Shown here: piece after piece, positions 62,041-64,000 of the stretch | Layout of the letters: each line of letters starts with the position of its first letter | Position numbering within the stretch: the first letter of the stretch is position 1 | Assembly: GCA_000708835.1 (NCBI GenBank) | Contig: DF237115.1 | Location: forward strand, 94,126-158,125 | DNA from: Klebsormidium nitens | Lineage: Eukaryota > Plantae > Klebsormidiophyceae | DNA: 64,000 nucleotides | Reading direction: 5' to 3' | Notes under the pieces: model-generated | The model's database searches: none | The model's input: only the letters and a program-made list of their open reading frames with translations | Told to the model about the DNA's origin: nothing | Program-made: the position numbers and the translations under genes

Positions 62041-62907
62041 CGGGCGCGTTTCGGACGGAACGGAAAATGGGGGTTGACTTGATGGGCTCTTTTGTGTCAA
62101 CGCTCGATTGTTGTGGAACGATTGAAACGGATTGTTATACGAATGGAGATTTAGATTTTTTGGTGTAGCAGTACGGACTGGTTTACGAGCTTGTTGTCAG
62201 CAAACGAAAGCTGAGGGGTTGACGCACTGACATCTGAGGGCGTTGGTTCTCAACGCCGAATCGTACTTGTCTGAACGCGATTGCCGAAAATGGAGAGACA
62301 AATATGCATGTGAGTCAGGGTTAGAGAGGCGGCGCTTGCTTGGGTTGCTTGCGCTTGCAGATAAGGGGTTTGCCAAAGGGCGGCCCGCCAGTCATATGGT
62401 GATCTTAGACGTTTGCAGTTACTTGCTGTGTCTGTTGAAAACTCAGCCTGGCAGAAATGTAGCACCTTTAATTGAACCGTAATACATGCATGGCAAACCG
62501 ATACAGCTCGTCAACAATGAACTTGTCACACGCAACTTTCCACTTGACTCATTTCATGAACTGCAGTAACATTGTCTACTTCAACAACATGCATGCACTT
62601 CTTACATCAGTGGTGGCAAATCAGGCAGTGCCGCATGGCACAAGATATATGTACCAAACTCGGTGGCGCCGTCATTCAAAATTACCTGCAGTGACCTGGT
62701 TCAGTCGTCCCAAGTTACATATACGAGCTCTCTATGGTCGGAGAACATATATAGATAGAGAGAGATCCAGCCTGAGCCGCCTCGATCGGCACAGCCCGAT
62801 CAACCAGCAATTCAACATGTTGATCGGCCCAAGTAGCTATCCGGCGGCATGTAAGCAATGCAACAACGTATCAAGAGCGACGATCGATTAAAATCAGCGC
62901 CCTGCAT

Positions 62908-63362
62908 ATATTGCATTTAAAATCTTTATTAGCATTTTTATAAAAATCAGTGGATAATAGCGGCACGTGGCAACCCCCTATTTTTGCGGAAGTATGACGT
63001 CAGGCACGCAATAAATCCCGTAGATTTCGGGACATCCCTAAAATTTTTGAAGACTGAACCATGAAGGTGAAGTTTGACGTTCTTCACAACTAATCTTCAC
63101 ACAATCTTCTTAAGTACTAATATATGTCATTTTAATTATTTTATATATCATCGGAATCATCGAAATATAAGACCATGCTTTTTATTCCTCTTCATATTAC
63201 TATACTGACTTCCCCTTAAGTACTTTTATTTTTGTTTCCCGCAAATTCAACCAGTCTTTGCAAAATTTCCGTCATACTTCCGCAAAAATAGGGGGTTGCC
63301 ACGTGCCGCTATTATCCACTGATTTTTATAAAAAATGCTAATAAAGATTTTAAATGCAATAT
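62908..63362. mobile_element. AT-rich non-autonomous element with about 92-bp terminal inverted repeats (foldback or Mutator-like MITE)
   Basis: 62908-62999 (ATATTGCATTTAAAATC..GGAAGTATGACG) is the reverse complement of 63270-63362 apart from one base in a homopolymer run. The interior is AT-rich and non-coding. No target-site duplication recognised. Confidence 0.75.
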
Positions 63363-63449
63363 TGTTTTGCGTCATGATAGCCGTGCCCACCCATCCACCC
63401 TTTGCAAAAATCATTTATTTTTTTTTGAACATCAATTTTACGTGATTAA

Positions 63450-63740
63450 CTAGTTCGAAACCACGCGCTTCAGGCGCGCGGTAATGGTATGTCTCACCTA
63501 ACCATTACCAGAGTCCGCGCCAGGTCTCCACCAAACTTTGTTAGAATCTCGATCTAGTTCTTGGGGAGGATTGATTTTTGACTGGGGAGCGTGGGGAGAC
63601 CATTTTTCCAAATAATCATTTTTAATTACCCCCTTCGAAGATATTTTTTAGTTTTTTGCCCTCCCCACGCTCCCCACTTACTACTTACCTCTTCCCACTC
63701 CATAACACAATAATAATAAAAGAAACAATACTCGTATAGA
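63450..63740 (-). mobile_element. Probable short non-autonomous Helitron-like element
   Basis: On the minus strand a GC hairpin CCGCGCGC-CTGAA-GCGCGTGG is followed by 7 nt and then CTAG|T (63453-63449), the canonical Helitron 3' end. Candidate 5' end TCTATAC at 63740, preceded by G rather than the canonical A. Internal inverted repeat GGGGAGCGTGGGGAG (about 63585) / CTCCCCACGCTCCCC (63661). Confidence 0.5.
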
Positions 63741-63876
63741 CTGAAACAGACCTTATGAAAACAAACTTTTGAAATCTGCAAAGGCTGCAGTCAGGCCGCA
63801 AAGGGTCTTTCAAAATTCGCACATCCTTACACCGAGTCTGCACTAGGTCTGCACAAGGTTCTCACTGAGTCTAACC

Positions 63877-63897
63877 TAACCCTAGCACTAAACCCTA
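63877..63897 (+). promoter_or_regulatory. Telo-box-like motifs, possibly the promoter of a gene starting near the window end
   Basis: TAACCCTAG at about 63877 and AAACCCTA at 63890-63897. An ATG at about 63947 opens a frame (MSKDASLKSH..) that runs off the edge. Confidence 0.3.
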
Positions 63898-64000
63898 GTC
63901 AAATCGGGCTTACGCTATCTTCATGAGCTTTCGCTGACTGCTCGTGATGTCGAAGGACGCTTCTTTGAAGAGCCACAGTCTCCTCAAAAACAAAGTTGAC

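Overview
Eukaryotic nuclear DNA with GT-AG introns and GC3-rich exons. Gene content and style suggest a streptophyte green alga such as Klebsormidium (inference). I assembled seven spliced genes by hand with consistent intron phases: an XEG113-like arabinosyltransferase (-, runs off the left edge), RPL28 (+), a secreted NAGPA/phosphodiester-glycosidase-like protein with a cassette array of 6-Cys modules (-), a Quaking/STAR-type KH protein (-), an HNH-domain protein (+), a NOT4-like RING-RRM ligase (-) and asparagine synthetase (+). There is also an intronless bacterial-type VOC/glyoxalase gene, a disabled EID1-like F-box pseudogene, two small TIR elements and a probable non-autonomous Helitron. 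Two things stand out. (1) Introns of five of the seven genes carry many degenerate 'ghost' copies of the adjacent exon edge, splice site included (about 35 seen). Acceptor-side copies lie upstream of the real exon and donor-side copies downstream. Several still offer a usable AG that leads to a premature stop, and at least one diverged mainly at third codon positions. (2) The NAGPA-like gene ends in symmetric phase-0 exons whose junctions each build one C-x9-C-x9-CC-x3-C-x9-C module, with two alternative terminal exons, so any skipping pattern gives intact modules. All protein-family calls come from motif recognition, not from searches.
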